Part shown: positions 13,674 through 27,100 of the stretch, one piece after another
Position numbering within the stretch: the stretch's first letter is position 1
Layout: every line of letters begins with the position of its first letter
From: Camelus dromedarius
Taxonomy: Eukaryota
Direction: 5' to 3'
Assembly: GCF_036321535.1 (NCBI RefSeq)
Contig: NC_087472.1
Coordinates: forward strand, 93,064,001-93,128,000
DNA length: 64,000 nucleotides
Made by a program: the position numbers and the translations under genes
Notes under the pieces: generated by a model
What the model was told of the DNA's origin: nothing
What the model saw: the letters and a program-made list of their open reading frames with translations, nothing else
Database searches by the model: none

Positions 13674-14184
13674 TAGAGAACTTCTCAAATAGTTTGGTCA
13701 CAGGATCTATTTACATTTTTAAAAATTGTTTAGAATGCCCAAAGAGCTTTTGTTTATGTAGGTTATGCCCATCAATATTTACCATATTAAAAACTGAAAC
13801 AGAAAATTTAAAACTTTGTTAAAAGTAACATTAATGAGCCCATTGCAAGTTAACATAAATTACAAAATTTTTATGAAAAAAATTCTAAAACAGAAACAAT
13901 TTGTGACTGGCTTTGTTTTATGTTTTTGCAAATCTCTTTAATCTCTAGCATAGTAGGAAACAACTAGATTCTCACCTGTTCTTCTGCATTCAATCTGTTA
14001 TGATATGGTATGTCATGTGGCCTCTGCAAAATCCACCACAAAATCTGTACAGTCATGATAGAAGCAGAGTGAAAAAGGCAAATGAATACTTTGTGTTATT
14101 GTGAAAATAATTTTGACCTTGCAGGTGTTTTGAAAGCATCTTGGGAAACCCCAAAAGGCTGTGGACCACACTTTGAAAACTGTT
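13674..14184. mobile_element. hAT-Charlie non-autonomous DNA transposon
   Basis: Inverted termini CTTCTCAAA...TGGTC / GGACCACACTTTGAAAAC and Charlie-like internal text (CCCAAAGAGCTTTTGTTTATGT...TATTTACCATATTA). Confidence 0.75.
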
Positions 14185-14389
14185 GCCCTGAATGATGCTA
14201 ATGTTGTGAGGAAGGGTACTAATGTAGGAAAAAAGAGCGGAGAGAGGAGAGAGTGCTCAGCTACTTATTTTGTCTAAAGGAGGGAAGCTCTAGATACTGA
14301 GAAACTTCAGAAATGGATTGATCAAGCTAAACATAAATACTAATTTTAATAATGTAGTGTAATTATTTGATGAACAAAAATATAATATT

Positions 14390-16915
14390 CAGTCTTCACT
14401 CCAAAGAATAATCTGATGTGTCCAATGAAAGATAAAAATGGAAGATGCTGTATGTTTAAAAATGACTATTAAATTAAAAACATGAAATAAGATGCAAAAA
14501 TGAATCCTAATATAACAACAGATTACAGCAAATATAAATATGTTAGATTCACATGCAGATATAGAGACTATCAAATTGGATTAAAAATCAAGCAGGCAAA
14601 CAGACACTAGGGTAAGATCTAGCTATTTATTAAAATAAAATGGGAGAAAAAAGATATAGCATATAAATATGAAGAAAAGCAAACTGGAGAGGCAACTTTA
14701 ACCTCAGACAAAAGAGATTTTAAGTTGAATGCACTATATGTTTGTAAAAAAGAAAAAACATAATTCAGGAAGATATACAGTCTTGAACATCTATACACTG
14801 ACAGTAGTGTCAAAATATATAGAGCTTCAATTGCCAGAACTAAGCAAAGAAATGAAGAAATCAACTACTGTGATTATAGATTTTATTACACACTTTTCTG
14901 TTAGACAGTGATAGATTAAGCAAGCAATAAAAGGTAATTGAATAACATGATTATTAAGCTTGGACTATAATATATATACATGGAGAGAATTTGACTCTCA
15001 ACAAACACAGAAAACCTGTTCTTTTCAAGCACACATGAAACATTTATAAAATTCAACTATGTTCTAGGCTTCAAAAGAAGCCTCAGTTAATTTCTAGGAC
15101 TCAATATATTCAGAGATAATATTCTCTGACTGTAATACAACAACATTTTTAAAGTATGACAAAATTATAACTTAAAATAGCCTATATATTTACAAATTTT
15201 TAGAAAAACTACTATGTAACTCCTTTAGTAAAGAAAAAATATTGGTGAATTATAAAGTACTTACAGCTAAATGACAGTGGCGACAATGAAAGTACATCGG
15301 AAAGTGTATGGAATGCAATATGTAGATAAATTTTTATATACTTAAAAATATTTATCAGAAAACAAAAGGATTTTAATGAATAATCTAAACATTCAACTCA
15401 ATAACCTAAAAAAGGAATTAAACAAAAAAACACAAGAAAGAAATAATAAAAATACAGAAATGAATGAATTTCAGAAACAAAAACCAGTGAAAATGATAAT
15501 AAAACCCCAAAATTTGGCTCTTTGAAAAGACTAATGAAATAGACAAGTCTTAAATGAGATTAATAAAAATAAACAAATATGTAAATAAGCAAATACAGAA
15601 TAAAAATGGAAAATAACTGCAGCTAGAATAGACATTAGAATCACTTTAAAATGTTATAAGCAATTATAAGAAAATATATTTGAAAATCTAATTAAATGTA
15701 GAAAATTTGCATGGACCAAAAGTGCATAAAGAAATGAAAACCCTTATCTACTTTTCCCTTACGTTCACTCATAACACCTCTTCCCCAAAGCCTCAGATCT
15801 AGATAATGTTATACATGAGTTCTACCAAACTTTCAAGAAATACATAACCTTATTTCACAAAATATAAAGAAAGAGAAAACACTGCCCAATTCACTGAAAA
15901 AGCATAGTATGAAAAATTAAAATTATTGGCTGATTTCAACTGGTGACACATTTTGAAAAATCCTAAACAACATATTGGCATCTGAATCTAACAGTGGTTA
16001 AAAACAACTCATAATTAAGTAGAGATTGTATCTATAAAAAAAGATGATTCAATATCAGAAAAACTCTCTTAGATATTAAACATCTTTTGAACTAAAGCAA
16101 AAAAGTCATGCAATGGCAATATATGCAGGCAAAATATTTATTAAATTCAATACATTTTTATAAAAATATAGCAAATGGGAAATTGAAGGTATTTCTTACT
16201 TAGGTAATAGCTAATGCATAGTAACCCAAAAAATCAACAGCTTGGGTGAGGGTATAGCTCAAATGGCAGCATGCATGCTTAGCATGCATGAGGTCCTGGA
16301 TTCAATCCTCAGTATCTCCTTTAAAATTAAATAAATAAATAAACCTTAACTACCACCCCCCAAAAAATCTTTTAAAAAATCAACAGCCAGTATTATAGTT
16401 AGTGGTCCAAGGTAAGATGCACCCCACTCTATGGTGGTCCTTAAGACAAAGATGTCACATTTAGTGTTAATCATAGTTTAGATCCTCTGGCCAACTGAAT
16501 AAGAACAAAAAATGATTTGAAAGAAATAAAGTTGTCACCTTTCTCAAATAATATGGGTAAAGCAGTCCTTTAAAACAGTGACATCTAACTAAAATATAAT
16601 CAAAACCAGGATACATTACAACAAGACTCAAAACATAGCTAGCAACTTATCTAACTAAGAATTCACAGGACATTTATATAGAAAATTTTAGACCTCTCCT
16701 AAATAGAGTATAAAAGCAGGCATGTTTAAATGGAGAGACATACTAGGTTAATGAGTGATAAAATAGCATTATAAAAGCTAAACTAACATTTTATAATTTA
16801 CGTTTTATGGAATGCCATTCAAAATCCCAAAGAAAATTTTGGAGAATTGACAAATTGATTCTATTCTTTTATGGATGTATAATGATTCATGAAAAGTCAA
16901 AGAGAGAGAACAACT
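14390..16915 (+). mobile_element. Ancient, heavily degraded LINE-1 ORF2 region
   Basis: A-rich strand with recognisable endonuclease and RT remnants (TTCTTTTCAAGCACACATGAAACATT; CTTTGAAAAGACTAATGAAATAGACAA; GAGTTCTACCAAACTTTCAAG; GACAAATTGATTCTA). No open frame. Confidence 0.8.
16242..16373 (+). mobile_element. tRNA-derived SINE (Vic-1-like), long-tail form
   Basis: A-box TAGCTCAAATGG and B-box GGATTCAATCC. 14-bp TSD AAAAAATCAACAGC at 16228-16241 and 16374-16387. Confidence 0.95.
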
Positions 16916-16981
16916 TGAGATGACTCTCATTTATTTTTTATATGGAGTGTTTTTCTTTTATTTGCCTCTTAGATAGCTTTT

Positions 16982-18364
16982 TTTCCTGTTTTATACTTTT
17001 TTAACATTTTTTTATTGAGTTATAGCCATTTTATAATGTTGTGTCGAATTTCAGTGTAGAGCACAATTTTTCAGTTATACATGAGCATACATATATTAAT
17101 TGTCACTTTTTTTTTTTTGCTGTGAGCTACCACAAGATCTTGTATATATTTTCCTGTGCTATACAGTATAATCTTATTTATCTATTCTGCATATGCCTGT
17201 CAGTATCTACAAATTTTGAGCTCCCAGTCTCTCCCTCCCCACCCCCCACTTGGCAACCACAAGTTTGTATTCTATGTCTATGAGTCTGTTCTGTTTTGTA
17301 TTTATGTTTTGTTTTTTAAGATTCCACACATGAGCGATTTCATATGGTATTTTTCTTTCTCTTTCTGGCTTACTTCACTTAGAATGACATTCTCCAGGAG
17401 CATCCATGTTGCTGCAAATGGCATTATGGTGTTGGTTTTTATGGCTGAATAGTATTCCATTGTATAAATATACCACATCTTCTTTATCCAGTCACCTGTT
17501 GATGGACATTTAGGCTGTTTCCATGTCTTGGCTATTGTAAATAGTGCTGCTATGAACATCGGGGTGCAGGTGTCTTTTTGAAGGAGGGTGCCTTCTGGAC
17601 ATATGCCCAGGAGTGGGATTGCTGGGTCATATGGTAAGTCTATTTTTAGTCTTTTGAGGAATCTCCATACTGTTTTCCACAGTGGCTGCACCAAACTGCT
17701 TTCCCACCAGCAGTGTTGGGAAAACTGGATAGCAGCATGTAAATCAGTGAAGCTAGAACAATCCCTTACACCATACACAAAAATAAACTCAAAATGGACC
17801 AAAGACTTAAACATAAGACAAGATACAATAAACCTCCTAGAAAAAAATATAGGCAAACATTATCTCACATACATCTCAAAAATGTTCTCCTAGAGGGGAC
17901 GGGGGTTAAAAAAATGTTCTCCTAGGGCAGTCTACCCAAGCAATAGAAATTAAAGCAAGCATAAACAGATGGGACCTAATTAAACTTACAAGCTTCTGCA
18001 CAGCAAAGGAAACCATAAGTAAAACAAAACGACAACCTACGGAATGGGAGAAAATTTTTGCAAATGATGAAACCGACAAAGGCTTGATCTCCAGAATATA
18101 TAAGCAGCTGATAGGACTTAATAAGAAAAAAACAAACAACCCAATCCAAAAATGGGCAGAAGACCTGAACAAGCAATTCTCCAAGGAAGAAATACAAATG
18201 ATCAATAGGCAGTTGAAAAAATGCTCAATATCACTAATTATCAGAGAAATGCAAATCAAAATTACAATGAGGTATCCCCTCACACCAGTCAGAATGGCCA
18301 TCATTCAAAAGTCCACAAATGACAAATGCTGGAGAGGCTGTGGAGAAAAGGGAACCCTCCAACA
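16982..18364 (-). mobile_element. Young LINE-1 with 5' inversion (3' part on minus, 16982 to about 17715; inverted part on plus, about 17712-18364)
   Basis: ORF2 C-terminal peptides on both strands ([13 protein letters not shown]...CTPMFIAALFTIAKTW on minus; [22 protein letters not shown] on plus). TSD CTTAGATAGYTTTT at 16968-16981 and 18365-18378. Confidence 0.95.
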
Positions 18365-18902
18365 CTTAGATAGTTTTTAATTTCTGTTTTCCCTTTCCAT
18401 TTTTTCTTAAATTCCAAGTATATATTTTTGTCACCTTCCAATTTATTTCTAATTTTATTGGCTCATAAACAGTGAATATACTATAAGACTTTCTATATAA
18501 GTGTCTAGATTCTGATAGGATATATTCATTTATTCATTCAACAAATGCTATGAAGAAAGGAGTCTTAAAGGAAGACTCAAGTGTGGTAAGATTGGGGAGG
18601 AGAGACCCAGGTGGATGCAGAGGGCATTTTACTTACAGGGTTAATATGTGCAAAGGTGAATAGCATGAGGGGACACCACTTGTTCAGGACCCAGTGGTAG
18701 AGAGGGCTTTTTGGAGGATAAAATGAGAGAGCAGAAGAGTTAGGCAAGAGGAGACAACCAAGAAAATAATGACCTTATGAAAATAACATCCCTAAATTTT
18801 TTATTCCCTTAGAGCCTCAAGCACATTGTGTGCAGAATCTGGAAGACACGCTAAGGTGCTTGGAGCAGAGGGCCCAAAGACCTCTCCTCCAGCACAGAAG
18901 GC

Positions 18903-19367
18903 TGCATTCATTCCTTAGAGCTTTCTTAACAAAGTACCATACACTGGGGTGGCTTAGAACAGCATAAATATATTTTCTCAGAGTTCTGGAGGCTAGAAGT
19001 CTGAAATCAAGATGTTGACAGGGCCATGCTGCCTCTGAAATCTGCAGGAGAGGATCCTTTCTCACCTCTCCCTACCTCCTGGTCATTGCTGGCAGTCCTG
19101 AGCATTCCTTGGCTTGTACCTGTATAACTTCAGTCTCTACCTGTTGTTACATGGGTTTCTTATCTTATAAGTGTCTTGTCTTCACACAACTGTTTTCTTC
19201 TAAGGACATCAGTTTTTTTTTGGACTAGGGGCCTATCGTACTCTAATCATCTTAGCTAATTGTATCTTCAATGACTCTATTTCCAAATAAGGTCACATTC
19301 TGAGGTATTGGGAGTTAAGACTTCAACATCTCTTTTTGTGGAAAGATACAATTCAACCCATAAAAAA
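18903..19367 (-). mobile_element. MaLR solo LTR (MLT1B/C-like)
   Basis: GTTCTGGAGGCTAGAAGTCTGAAATCAAG; TTTCCAAATAAGGTCACATTCTGAGGTA; ACAATTCAACCCATAA. 5-bp TSD AAGGC at 18898-18902 and 19368-19372. Confidence 0.9.
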
Positions 19368-20657
19368 AAGGCATAGTTCAGTTGTTTAGCCATTGCAAGC
19401 TAATCCACTGATTTTCTTCTAGATACTGTTGTGTCTTTGGGCCATTAACTCAGTTTTGACAAATATCTATAACACCTAGCCTACCATGTACCTACAAGCA
19501 CATCAACTCAGCCTTTATTTTTGCCATGCTCCTTTAGAAATCCCTTGACTCCTAACAAAAAGGGCTCAGCTATTGTATGTTAGCTATGCACCACTCTCAT
19601 GCTTGGATTTTGAGAACAGAACTTCAGGGCTGAAACAAAGTCATTATTTGTTGAACTCAGCATCCTATCTAGTGCTTGATTGTCCACCATATCAGTTATT
19701 TTCTGAACTTTGTGATTGTGCAGATTCTTGTTCTTAATATCAAAGTTGATATTAATAAAGTGGTGATTTTAGGATTCAGTTATTGAAGAAATAACTCAAG
19801 CCCATCCAGGAGTCCACAGTCTAAATGTTAGGAATCCCTATTCTAGCATAACCTCCAAAATTCTCTGAATAGCTTTGTCCCTCTCAAATGTCTCCCTGGC
19901 ATGAGATGTGTGCCCAAGTATTCACAAATAGGGTGGCTGAAATTCAATGTCACCAGGATTCCTACTTTTTCTGGACTTGTCCAGAAATATTTCTTCTCTG
20001 GACTCTTCCAGATTTTTAGTTTCTTTTTATTCCCTCCCCCACCTCCAAGCTTTTTCTCTTTTACTGTTTATTTTCTCCCTCCTGCACATACACTTGTTCC
20101 TACTGCATATCTGATGACTGACTTTTCTAATTAGGTCACAGAAGTGACTCTTGTAAATCTCTCCAATAGATATTAGCATGGCCTGGAATGATCCATTGTA
20201 CTTTCTTTCCTGGATCAAAACTCAGTATCTAAACCAAGAACAAGTGGACCTTCCTACATGCTGTCCACATAATGCCTGCAAACTTCTCTTTTCCAGTATC
20301 ATATCTTGGATTAATTTCCTGGATTTTCAGATTAACTAATTTGAGAAATATACTTCTGTTAAAGTAGTAAGTCATGTTCTTGATTCCAAATGGCAATATG
20401 TGGATGAAACCAAGTTCTTCTATAGATGATGCTCAATTAAATGATCAATAATTTGTGCTTCAGACAAGATCAAATGGGAGATATCTTTGGAGAAAGGATG
20501 TGTCTTTTGGCATCTTTCCATTAAGTCTGCTCACATATAAAGCCCACTGTGGATTGACTTGTGCTATTTTAATATTGATGTTCAAGTATACATTTACTGA
20601 ATAGTAGATGGAATGGGAGGAGGTGGGTGAGTGAGGAACTTGTTAGTTTACTTATTA

Positions 20658-20848
20658 CAGTTGGTCCTTGAACAACATGGGAGTTTGGGGTGTATAACTT
20701 TATAGTTGGCTCTCCATATCTGCTGTTCCACATTTGCAGATTTGACCAAACATGGACCATGTAGTACTGTAATACATGTTTAGTGAAAAACAATCCCTGT
20801 ATAATTGGATACCTGCAGTTCAAACCTGCATTGTTCGAGGATTAACTT
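20658..20848. mobile_element. Non-autonomous Tigger element, MER8/Tigger2-like
   Basis: TIRs CAGTTGGTCCTTGAACAA / TTGTTCGAGGATTAACT with TA flanks. Colinear with 3346-3544. Confidence 0.85.
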
Positions 20849-22363
20849 TATTTAGAATCAGATGAATGATATATTCCTCTTCAAATATTTTATGTACAAT
20901 TGTAAATTTTTAATTATTATTTTAAAAGCTATTTTTCTTCTCAAAATGGTGTTGAAAAAGTAACCCACTTATAAAGTTATTCCATCATATAAGTTCTTCC
21001 AAAATAACATGTCATTGTTACTGTTGGACAGTTAATACCCAAATTCTTCCCAATTGTCATCAAGGTATTGCAGTAAAGTCTAATGTTTTAGAAGCTCTTA
21101 AAAACACCTTTGATATAAGAGAATCATTTCATATGTGTGCAAAATGGGTAATTCATCTTTCACAGATCATTAGAAATACAGAACTACTAGTGAGGTAGTT
21201 CTGCATGGTTTTTAGTGAGATGACAGTCAATCCTTGAAATGAAATTAAATATGCAATATAATTCAAATTGTTTTTGTGCTTTCTTCTTGGGAGAAATTAT
21301 TGGAGCACTGGGAATCCAAGAAAGCAATGTGGGAACAGAAAATCTATGCATCAATTTGCCTTTACTTGGGGTTTTCTTAGGCAGCTAGTGTGATTCAAAT
21401 AAATGAGCAATTGACACTACTCCTCCATTCAACCTTATTTCACAAAGAGTGAACTGAGGAGAGCAGAGATTCATTAGTCTCAATGCTGAGGTGTACTGAC
21501 AATTTATAAGCTTAGTTTTGAAATATTAGCACCATAAGAAAGAAATTTTTATTCTTTAATTTCATTTTTTCAAGTTCAATAAAAATATAGAATGATGTTT
21601 TGGAATGAACCTAGGGGTTTTTACAAGATAATAAAAGGGACATTTGTTCTTGAAATTCCCATACGATTTTTCAGAATACACTCAAACTAAATGGTGAGAA
21701 TATGATGAAGAATATGGTGTCTCTTGAAAACTCATTTGTGAAATGTGAGCCCCCTTCAGTGTGACTGAGTCTCTATTCATTTGAGAGTCTTTGAACTTGC
21801 CTTATACTGTTCATATCCTTTTCTAAGCAGATAAAATACGGGTTTTTTTTTTTTGTGGATGAAGTAGTAGTAATCAAGACAAATTTATATTATTTCTAAA
21901 AAATGACTTATAAAGAAATGTAAAGATTATATTTGTCTTGATATTATAAAGAAGAAAAGCTTTAGGTCATTCCCTTCCAATGAAATTACTGTAGATTGGA
22001 TGACCATATTTGTATCCAAAATGGATTGATCTTACAACTTTTAGATGAAAATATTACCTTACACGGCTTCCTTTTGACTACCAAAAACTGAATTTATTTC
22101 AATAATGTGCCTTTTTTACAAAGTACAATTGGTTTTACCATGATTGAGGAAAATGTACAACAAATTTTTGAAAAACTATGTTTTCTATGGAGGTAATATG
22201 TCACATTCCACTTCTGAGTTATTGAAAGTCTTGTCTTAGAAACAGGTACACAGTCAGGTTTATACTCAACAAAACAGCTATTAATCTTTAGAATATCTGT
22301 ACTCACTGATATTTACTGATTTTATTCTCACATATTTCTCTCTTAAAAAGAACATGAATTTAG

Positions 22364-22491
22364 GGGAAAGGGTATAGCTTAATGGTAGAGAACATGTGTA
22401 GTGTGCATGATGAGGTCCTGGGTTCAATCCCCAGTACCTCCTCCAAGAATAAATAAACAAACCTAATTACCTCCCCCCACCAAAAAAATTA
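22364..22491 (+). mobile_element. tRNA-derived SINE (Vic-1-like), long-tail form
   Basis: B-box GGTTCAATCC. Perfect 19-bp direct repeat AAAAAGAACATGAATTTAG at 22345-22363 and 22492-22510, at a TT|AAAA site. Confidence 0.95.
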
Positions 22492-22535
22492 AAAAAGAAC
22501 ATGAATTTAGAATATGCTCTATTTATACCAACCAC

Positions 22536-24136
22536 CATTCATTTAATATTTACTGAGTGTGTACTCTGTGCCAGGTTCTTTTCTATGTTCTGTATAATCA
22601 GTGCTGATGAGGACAGATACGATCTATGCCTTCATGGAACTTAAATTCTAGTAGGGTCTGGGTTGTAGTGGTAGGTGTGGTTTGGGAAGATAGAAAATAA
22701 TCAACATAAAATTTCTTAAAGAATTAATCAAGAAGAAGAAGATGAAAAGCTTTTTGAAGTCAAAAATCAAGGTGATAGACTAGATACCCTATAGACTAGA
22801 TATCTTTCTTTATATAAGATACTCAGAAAATTATAATAGTTAACATTTATTGAATGTTTATTATGTTCCAAGTACTTCTCTGTTGACCTTTACATGGATT
22901 AGGCTATGTCAAAATTTTATCACATAGGTGCTGTTGTCACCTTATTTTTAAATATGCAGATACTGAGACATCTTGTTTACCTTACTCTTTGAAGACCACA
23001 CTGTTAAGAAATAATGGAGATGGCGTTTTAACCTACGTAGTTTGACACAGAGGTAGTGTTATTAACAAAGGGAAAAGCAAGTGCAAAGGCCATAAGGCAA
23101 GAAAAATCATGATGTGTTTGCAGAACAGAAGGTAGTAGGGTTGGATTATAGTGAGTAATTGAAAACGTTATGTAAAAATTGCCTTGAGAAGCACTTTGGG
23201 GTAAATCATATAGGGTCTTGTAAACCATAGTAAGAGGTTTGTATTTTATTGTAAGAGCAATGCAAAGCAATTAGAGGACATTAAAAGAAAGGAGATACAT
23301 GATTTGATTAACATTAACAAAGTCTGCCTACTGTGTGGAGGATTCGGGAGGTGTGGGATACAGGAGCAAGAACAGGTGAAGGGCTGTGGTGATAGTCAAG
23401 GAAGGAAATCAAGGCAGCTTGAATTAGAAAAGTGGGAATGGAAATGGAGAGAAAGGGATACACTCAAGATATATTTTGGATAGGAAGTCAATGATACTTG
23501 AGATTGGCTGTATAGGACTGAAGATAAGTAAGATATCAAATTCCATTTTAAATATGTTCCTTTTGAGATGCTTGATGTCTAAGTGGAGATATCTGATAGG
23601 TAGATGGAGTCTAAAGCTTGGGGGAAAGGTGTGAGCTGGGGATATCTATTTGGAATCATCAGCATATAATTGGTGCTTAAAGCTATGGGCCTCAGTATTT
23701 TTTAGGGCAGTGTTCTTCAATCCTGATTGTACTTTTAACTCATCTAGGAAGCTTTTTAAAAATACATATTTTATGCTCGTATCAAGCCTATTAAAGTAGA
23801 ATCTTTGAGTAGATATTCCCTGTACCATGTATTTAAAGATCTCTCTAAGTGATTTGAGTGAGCAACCAGGCTTGAGAACCCACTGGTTTAGGAAGAGAGC
23901 ATAGACAAAACTGTACTCTGGATCACTCCATCATGTGGAGGTAGAGAAGAAGTAAGAACAGAGAAGGGGCTGAGGAGCAAACAGTGTTATAAAGATCAGA
24001 ATGTGGATTCCAGAGAGGAAAGTGTCTCAAGAAGGATAGACCTATTTCAAGAAGGTCAGCAGAGTTAAGAGATACAAAGATGTTGACTCAGATGAGAACC
24101 TTTGGATAAGGCAATGTGGAAGCTGTTAGAAGCTTA
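22536..24136 (-). mobile_element. LINE-2 3' portion (with nested MIR at about 22835-23050 and a MER5-like element); continues after 27757
   Basis: L2 terminus CATTCATTTAATATTTACTGAGTG...TGTGCCAGG and internal motifs (GCTGGGGATATCTATTTGGAATCATCAGCATATA). Confidence 0.8.
23708..23885. mobile_element. hAT-Charlie MITE, MER5-like
   Basis: TIRs CAGTGTTCTTCAA / TTGAGAACCCACTG. 8-bp TSD TTTTAGGG / GTTTAGGA (6 of 8 match). Confidence 0.8.
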
Positions 24137-24151
24137 GACAAATGTAATTTT

Positions 24152-27100
24152 TATTTTCATTTTCTAAATTACATAGATATTTTATTTACATTTGATTTTT
24201 AACATAATCAATATAACATAATCAATCATAATCTTGTGACATAATCAGCCTTTTTATTGAAGTATAGCCAGTTTACAATGTTGTGTCAATTTCTGGTGTA
24301 CAGCATAATAGTTCAGTCATATATATATACACACATATTTTTGTTTTCATATTCTTTTTCATTATATGTTACTATAAGATATTGAATATTGTTCCCTGTG
24401 CTATACAGTAAGGCCTTGTTGTTTATCTATTTCATATGGAGTAGTTAGTATCTGCAAATGCAGAATTCCCAATTTACCCCTCCACTCTCCTCTTTCACCC
24501 CTGGTACCCATAAGTTTTTTTTCTATGTCTGTGAGTCTGTTTCTGTTTTGTAAATAAGTTCATTTGTCTTTTTTTCTTTTATATTCCACATATAAGTGAT
24601 ATCATATGGTATTTTTCTTTCTCTTTCTGGCTTACTTCACTTAGAATGACAATCTCTAGGTCCATCTATGTTGCTGCAAATGGCATTATTTTATTCTTTT
24701 TCATGGCTGAGTAGTATTCCATTTTAGAAATATACCAAAGCTTCTTTATTCAATGATCTGTCAATAGGTATTTAGGTTGTTTCCATATTTTGGCTATTGT
24801 AAATAGTGCTGCTATGAACAATGGGGTGCACGTACCTTTTCAAATTAAAGTGCCCTCTGGATATATGCCCAGGAATGAGATTGTTGGATCATATGAGTCT
24901 ATTTTTAGTCTTTTGAGGAATTTCCATACTGTTTTCCATTCAGGCTACACCAAATACATTCCCACCAACAGTGTAGGAGGGTTCCCTTTTCTCCACACCA
25001 TCTCCAGCATCTATTGTTTGTGGACTTTTTAATAAGGGCCATTCTGACTGGTGTGAGGTCATACCTCATTGTAGTTTTGATTTGCATTTCTCTGATAATT
25101 AGTGATATTGAGCATTTTTTCATGTGCCTATTGGCATGTGTATGTCTTCATTGGAGAATTGCTTGTTTAGGTTTTCTGCCCATTTTTGGATTGGGTTGTT
25201 TATTTTTTTCTTGTTAGGTTGTATAAGCTGTTTATATATTCTAGAAATTAAGCCCTTGTCAGTGTCATCTTTTGCAAATAGTTTCTCCCATTCTTAGGTT
25301 GTCTTTTTGTTTTGCTTACAGTTTCCTTTGCTCTGCAAAAGCCTGTAAGTTTAATGAGGTCCTATTTAAAAATTTTTGCTTTTATTTCTGTTGCCTTGGT
25401 AGACTGCCCTAGGATAACATTGCTGAGATTTATGTCAAAGAATGTCTTGCCTATGTTTTCTTCTAAGAGGTTTATAGTATCTTGTCTTATGTTTAAGTCT
25501 TTAAGCCATTTTGAATTTATTTTTGTGTATGGTGTGAGGGAGTATTCTAATTTCATTGATTTATATGCAGCTGTCCAGTTATCCCAACACCATTTGCTAA
25601 TGAGACTGTCTTTACTCCATTGTATATTCTTGCCTCCTTTGTCAAAGATTAATTGACCAAAAGTCTGTGGGTTTATTTCTGGGCTCTCTATTCTGTTCCA
25701 TTGGCCCATATTTCTGTTTTTGTGCCAATAATATGCTGTTTTGATGACTGTAGCTCTGTAGTATTTTCTGAAGCCTGAGAGGGTTATTCCTCCAGCTTCA
25801 TTCTTTTTCTTCAGTATTGCTTTGGAAATCCTGGGTCTTTTGTGATTCCATATAAATTTTAGGATTGTTTGTTCTATTTCTGTGAAAAATGTCCTGGGTA
25901 ATTTGATAGGGATTGCATTAAGTCTGTAGATTTCTTTGGGTAGTATGACCATTTTAACAATATTAATTCTTCTAATCCAAGAACATGGGATATCTTTCCA
26001 TTTCTTTAAGTCATCTTTAATTTCCTTAGTCAGTGTTTTGTAGGTCTACATGTATAAGTCTTTCACTTCCTTGGTCAGATTTATTCCTAAGTATTTTTTT
26101 TTTGGGATGAAATTTTAAAAGGGATTGTTTCTTTACTTTCCTTTTCTGATATTTCATTGTTAGTGTAAAGAAATGCAACTGATTTCTATATGTTAATCTT
26201 GTATCCTGCTACCTTGACAAATTCTTTTATCAGCTTTAGTAGTTTTTGTGTGGAGCCTTTAGGGTTTTCTCTATATAGTATCATGTCATTCCCATGTAGT
26301 GACATTTTACCTTTTATCTTTCAATTTGGATCCCTTTTATTTCTTTCTCTTGTCTAACTGCTATATTCCAATACTATATTGAATAGAAGTGGTGAGAGTG
26401 GGCATCCTTGTCTTGTTCCAGATTTTAGCTGTAAGGCTTTCAACTTTTCACCATTGAGTATTATGCATGGAGGAAGTAAATAAAATAAAGATTTAAAAAA
26501 CAATAGAAGAATCAATCAAATCAAGAGCTCGTTTTTTGAAAGACTAAATAAAATTGACAAACCTCTGGCAAGTCTCACCAAGAAGAAAAGAGAGAGGACA
26601 CAAATAAACAAAATAAGAAATGAAAATGGAGAAATTACAACCAATACCACAGAAATACAAAAAGTCATAAGAGAATACTATGCACAAATATATGGCAATG
26701 AATTTGACAACTTAGAAATGGACAAGTTTCTAGAAACATAGAGTCCACCAAAACTGAATCAAGAAGAAATAGATCAAATACCATATGAGATCGCTCATAT
26801 GTGGAATCTAAAAAAAAAAACATAAATACAAAACAGAAACAGACTCATAGACATAGAATACAAACTTGTGGTTGCCAATGGGGAGGGGGGTGGGAAGGAA
26901 TAGACTGGGATTTCAAAATCTGTAGATACTGACAGGCATATGTAGAATAGATAAACAAGGTTATACTGTATAGCATAGGGAACTATATACAAGATCTTGT
27001 GGTAGCTCACAGCGAAAAAAAATTTGACAATTAATATATGTATGTTCATGTATAACTGAAAAATTGTTCTCTGCACTGGAATTTGACACAACATTGTAAA

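Noticed and set aside
16242..16320. tRNA-like A/B boxes (also at 22364, 41180, 48150 and 455)
   Set aside because: These are SINE heads with A-rich tails and mostly clear TSDs, not tRNA genes.
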